The position numbers were made by a program, and so were the translations under genes. DNA of 64,000 bases, taken from Balamuthia mandrillaris (taxonomy: Eukaryota). This document shows positions 59,380-64,000 of the stretch, one piece after another; the first letter of the stretch is position 1; each line of letters starts with the position of its first letter. The notes beneath the pieces are model-generated. The model ran no database searches. It saw nothing but the letters and a program-made list of their open reading frames with translations, and was not told the origin of the DNA. The stretch is from positions 62,001 through 126,000 of the forward strand of contig JAVKOQ020000092.1 of the NCBI GenBank assembly GCA_031835245.2. Direction: 5' to 3'.

Positions 59380-61022
59380 ATGGAAGAGGAAAGAGAAGGC
59401 GGAGGGGGTCTGCTGGAGAGCATACCGCCGGAGCTGCTGGCCCTGGTGCTTACCTTCCTGGAGGACGCCAGGGACGTGGCCTGTTTCGCCTGCACCTGCT
59501 GCACCCTGCGGGACCTCGTCCAGCAGGACCTCGGCGTTCGCTACGGCATTGAAAAGAAGAAAGAAACGGCGTTGGGCGCTGCGCCGGTGGACAACGCCGG
59601 CAGCAAGTCACATTCCGCAGCAGACCTGATGGAAGAGCTGGAGCAGCCTTGGAGCCAGGCGGAGCTGCCCCTTTTCCTTGGCGGCTGCCAGGACAGCCCT
59701 GCCCCTGACTGGCTGCATTGCTATTCTTGTGGCACTCGTGTAGCGGTATTTCCACTCTTCCTTCTAGCTTCCTTGCTTGCTCCACTTATTCTTATCGTTT
59801 TTCTGCTGCTGCTTCTTCTTTTCTTGTTCTTCTTGTTATTCTGGTTCTGGTTCTTGTTCTTCTTCTTGTTGTTCTTGTTCTTGTTCTTGTTCTGTTCTTG
59901 TTCTTTTGTTCTTGTTCTTGTTCTTGTTCTTGTTCTTGTTCTTGTTCTTGTTCTGTTCTTGTTGTTGTTCTTGTTCTTGTTGTTGTTCTTGTCTTGTTCT
60001 TGTTCTTGTTCTTGTTCTTGTTCTTGTTCTTGTTCTTCTTCTCCTTCTTCTTCTTCTTCTTCTTGTTCTTCTTCTTGTTCTTCTTCTTCTTCTTCTTCTT
60101 CTTCTTCTTCTTCTTCTTCTTCTTCTTCTTCTTCTTCTTCTTCTTCTTCTTCCCTTTAATTCTTCTCTTCTTTATTGCATCTATTCTTCTTCCGTTTAGA
60201 CGTTTTCGTTCCTGATGATATGTAGTGGCACCTACTCCATCCCTTTACACGTTCCGTTTCGCATCCGACGTTTGGCGGTGCTCTACGCCATGCGCACTAC
60301 CCCTACCTTTGAATTCTTGTGCGAGTTTGATGCCATCCTGGTCATTGGTGGTGGTACCATCACCAACAACGAGACCACAAGTAACTTTTGTGCTATTCCT
60401 CTCCCATTTTGTGACTTTGTCATTTCCTTACAGTTTTTTCGTGGTCTTCCCGTTCTTTTCCTCTTCCTCTTCCTCTTCCTCTTCCTCTTCCTCTTCCTCT
60501 TCCTCTTCCTCTTCCTCTTCCTCTTCCTCTTCCTCTTCCTCTTCCTCTTCCTCTTCCTGTCAAAACATAGGCAACCTCTTGGCTCGTTACATCAAAGAAG
60601 ATCGTGGGGGAGTGGTCATCGCCAGAGCAGCCAACCAAAAAGACGGGTCCTACTGTGTCAAAGGCGACTTCCTCGCTGAAGGTCTACACCCATTGATCCC
60701 TGACCGTGGAGAGCTGGTCCACCGCACCCTTGGCCAAAAGCTTCGCCCCAATCATCCGGTGTTGTACCACGTGGAGGAGATAGGCCAAGTCTACCGCTGT
60801 CATGGCCAACCGGAGAAAGAGGCGGAGGTCATTGCCCTTTGGGATGATGGCATTCCATTGGTGGTGCAGCTGCGAAAGGAGGAACGTTATGGAATGGTGG
60901 TCACCGTCAATGCGGGTTGTGAGGTGGCTCGCGTGGGCGGCTCTCGTATCCTCTCGAACGCGTTGGCTTATGTGGCACTTGCCTCGAAGCGAGGCAATGC
61001 AGAGGGGAAGGCCTCCAACTAA
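59380..61022 (+). CDS. F-box protein with uncharacterised C-terminal domain (3 exons)
   Basis: LLESIPPELLALVLTFLEDARDVACFACTCCTLR is an F-box. Introns are repeat-filled and the last exon ends ...EGKASN*. Confidence 0.75.
59815..60151 (+). repeat. (TTCTTG)n/(TTC)n intronic microsatellite
   Basis: Visible directly. Confidence 0.9.
60458..60558 (+). repeat. (TTCCTC)n intronic microsatellite
   Basis: Visible directly. Confidence 0.9.
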
Positions 61023-61331
61023 GGTACCTATTGCCTTTGGTTCAATGAAGGAGAACGTGAAACCCTTTTGAAAGGACTTCAACAAATGTATTCATTAACG
61101 TATTTTGAAATAATGTAGACCCTACATTGCATGTCTTCGTCCTTTTCTTCTCCTTCTTGTTCTTCTTGTTCTTCTTCTTCTTGGTACGAAGGCATTATCC
61201 CTCTCAGCTGCAATAACCTTCAAGAACAGACAATTGGAGAGAACGCGAAGAAGTGGAGAGAATGGAATCATTGGAAATGCAAAAAAAAAAAAAGGCCGAC
61301 ACCTCCCTTCGTCCTCTCTCTCCTCTCCCTC

Positions 61332-61381
<50 letters not shown>

Positions 61382-61390
61382 CAAGAACTG

Positions 61391-61495
61391 TTCCTAATGC
61401 TCTCCTAGCCTCTCTCCTATCTTCGCTCCTATCCTCTCTCCTCACCTTGCTCCTATCTAATCTCCTATCTAATCTCCTATCCTCGCTCCTCTCTG
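61391..61495. repeat. Degenerate 12-bp tandem repeat (TCCTATCYNNNC, ~8 copies)
   Basis: TCCT recurs every 12 bp (61403, 61415, 61427, 61439, 61451, 61463, 61475, 61487). Confidence 0.75.
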
Positions 61496-61546
61496 CTTGA
61501 AATTGAAATTTACACGAAATTCGAGAACTCAACACGCAAAAGCAGC

Positions 61547-63499
61547 ATGGAGGAAGAAGCGAAGAAAGAAGACGTGCTGAGGAGCTTCGTGGTGAGTCAG
61601 GATGGCCCGCAACGCCTCGACGCCGCTGTTTCCAACCACCTGCATCTCTCTCGCGCTACCGCTCACTGGCTCATCCAACAGAAACGTGTGCACCTGAAAG
61701 AGCAGATCCTCCATAAAAACAGCTTCCGCCTCAAAGAAGGACAGCTGGTAACCATTTTCTTCCTTCTTGTTCTTGTTCTTCTTCTTGTTCTTGTTATTCT
61801 TCTTCTTCTTCTTCTTCTTCTATGGAAGTATTTTGACACCACATACACCATAAAGGTTCAAGTATGGCTGCCACACACTCTTTTATCCTCTTTGGAGGAA
61901 CAGACCGAAGTGAAAGAGGACGCCACAGCCAACAACACGAAAGAAGAACAAGACTTTGACAACCTCATGGAGGACAAGAGGCAGCACCGACTCTATGCTA
62001 CGATAAAGGAGGAGGACGCACAGCATGAGCTTGTGAGCGAGAAACAGGTTTTCCAGCCTCTTTTGTGGAAACGCTGGTTTGAGATTTACGCTCTTCGCGC
62101 CGACAAAGAGAGCCTTCGTTGCATGCGGTATGCCGTTCTTCCTTCTCCTCTTTAAATCCATTCGTTATTTCTTCTATCTTTGTTTTTCCATGTTATTACG
62201 CTTCGCTGCCTTGCTCACCAAACCTTTTAGCAAGGTCATATTTGAGAAGACAAGAAAAGCGTGCGAGAAGGGATATTACTTACTCAGTGATGGCCACAAA
62301 GTAGAACTCTACACCAGAAACGATCACGCAAACGCAGATCAGCAAGAACGGACAGAAGAGGAAGAGCATGAAGAGGTTAAAGAATTAAAAGAAGAAGAAG
62401 AAGAACTACAAGAAACAGAAGGTGATCGAGAGGCAACCCTCATTGACTTCACGGGGCAGCTGCAACAACTAAACAACGGAACTAGAGAGAGTGACCACCG
62501 TTTCAAGGGAAGACATTGTTATCGTGATCCGTACGCTCATCCAAGAACTTACGAGATGATACCAGAAGCAAAAGCAGAGGAACGAGTGAAAAACACTACT
62601 AAGGTTTCGGTGATAGAAATGGATTCGCTGGAAGTAGCACAGCAACTCATATCAAAAGGATACAACCCATGCACTCTTATATTTTCTTCCAACACGTTTC
62701 CTTCTTCTAAATGTACGTCTCCTCTCTCTCTCTCTCTCTCTCTCTTTTTGTCTGACTTCGTTTGCCTTCTTCTCGAGTGAAGGTGGAGCAGAGAAAAGTG
62801 GGGGTCAAGAAGGAAGCATCTACCAACGGACCAATCTCTATCAAATTCTTTCCAAGAGCGAATGGGAAGATCAGTTCCCACTTCCTGAATTTGCTGCCAT
62901 TTATATGTATGCGTTTCTTGTTCTTCTTTTTCTTCTTTGCGTTCGTTCCTCTTCTTTCTCTCCTCTGTTCCTGTTTCGCTCACTTCAACGCTCAAACAGA
63001 CCAACTCTAACAATCCTCCGAAGTGACGAGGGGCAAGGCTGTGCCTTTCTGAAAAATCCCGTCCAAGCAGCCTGCATTTCGATAGCAGCCTACAGTCGAC
63101 CAAAACTACTTCCTTCTGCATCAGCAACCCCACAAGGAGAACCAGCCATGACCATGCGGTTCATGGACAAGACAAAGACCAAAATGAAAGTAGTTCTTCA
63201 AGTGGCTTTAGATAAAGGACATGACGCGGTAGTATTGGGAGCCATTGGGTGTGGCGCATTTGCGAACCCACCGATGGCGGTGGCACTGCTGTGGAAGGAA
63301 GTGCTTGCATCGGACTTTGAAGGTTGCTTCAAGCGTGTCATATTTGCTGTGCTGGGTTTGTATCTTCCATTTACTTGTTGTGTCCTTGTGAATAACAACA
63401 ACAACAACAACAGAGACGGGAAAAAGAGGTCACCCTAACCCAACCGGAAACGTACAGCCGTTCCGCCGAGTCTTTGAGGATCAAGACAGCAAGCGGTGA
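61547..63499 (+). CDS. S4 RNA-binding domain + bacterial-type PARG (TIGR02452/DUF2263 macrodomain) fusion (multi-exon)
   Basis: QRLDAAVSNHLHLSRATAHWLIQQKRVHL..FRLKEGQLV is S4-like. The PARG-like part has TKVSVIEMDSLEVAQQL..NPCTL, GGQEGSIYQRTNL and GHDAVVLGAIGCGAFANPP..FKRVIFAVL. It ends RVFEDQDSKR*. Confidence 0.8.
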
Positions 63500-63614
63500 G
63501 CACCTTACAGAATGTACAAGTTCAAGTAGTACCGAGAAATACCACCAATTTTTGTTTGCTCGCTTGTGCTTCATATGTTTATTGTGTTGTTTTTTATTGT
63601 GTTTTCACACAGTC

Positions 63615-64000
63615 TTACTTTTGTAAAACAGGAAGACCAAGTCTTAAAATGTTGGCATAGTCGGATATCATGTGGTCATTGAGAAAGAAAGGAAGTATCA
63701 GTCGCAGCAAAAACCTAAGTCGGCTCTCCTTCGTTGCGTATTTAAATATCTTTAAAAGCCCGAACGAACGTGGATCCAGCAAGTTGGAATGAAAAGGTAG
63801 GTCGCATTTGTTAAACAAAGAGCAGAGAAGCAAGGGAAAGGAACAAGAGCTGAAGCAAAAGAAAAAAGAAGATTGAGAGAGGTCAGGGAAGCAAAGCAAC
63901 AAACCTTAATATCTGCAATTCCAACAATCTCCAACAATGCAATCCGAGCCAAAGTCACGGAGGGAATAATTCTTCCTCCTGCGTCTATATACATCAACCT
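63615..64000 (-). CDS. 3' end of a hypothetical multi-exon gene (partial)
   Basis: Two coding-like exons (..RIIPSVTLARIALLEIVGIADIK|gt and ..CDLPFHSNLLDPRSF..LPVLQK*) are separated by a pyrimidine-rich intron. Confidence 0.5.

Overview
This is gene-dense eukaryotic genomic DNA with many short GT-AG introns, often filled with pyrimidine-rich microsatellites on the sense strand. Gene content and repeat style suggest a free-living amoebozoan (Balamuthia/Acanthamoeba-like); this is inference and no search was run. About 25 protein genes or gene relics and two tRNA genes (Thr-AGT, Ala-CGC) are supported. Conserved housekeeping or regulatory genes include Ski3/TTC37, MED23, Exo70, an MPPED-type metallophosphoesterase, a Rid/YjgF protein, a CAMK-group kinase, a bZIP and a Zn2Cys6 factor. 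The most unusual items are: (1) a tandem pair of RasGAP + bacterial-type V4R sensor-domain proteins, a candidate small-molecule-gated Ras switch; (2) a HutD + AstE/AspA hydrolase fusion; (3) an S4 domain fused to a bacterial-type PARG with altered catalytic motifs; (4) an RGM/hemojuvelin-like GDPH protein; (5) an RlaP-like nucleotidyltransferase and a divergent DXO/Rai1; (6) a rearranged 42.1-46.6 kb patch with a duplicated promoter, gene relics, a coiled-coil/nuclease-fold protein and a perfect 28-bp hairpin over a predicted splice donor; (7) an F-box-Ras pseudogene whose F-box is broken by a ~94-bp in-frame micro-inversion. Gene models were spliced by eye, so exon boundaries are approximate. 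Domain calls come from motif recognition, not database searches.
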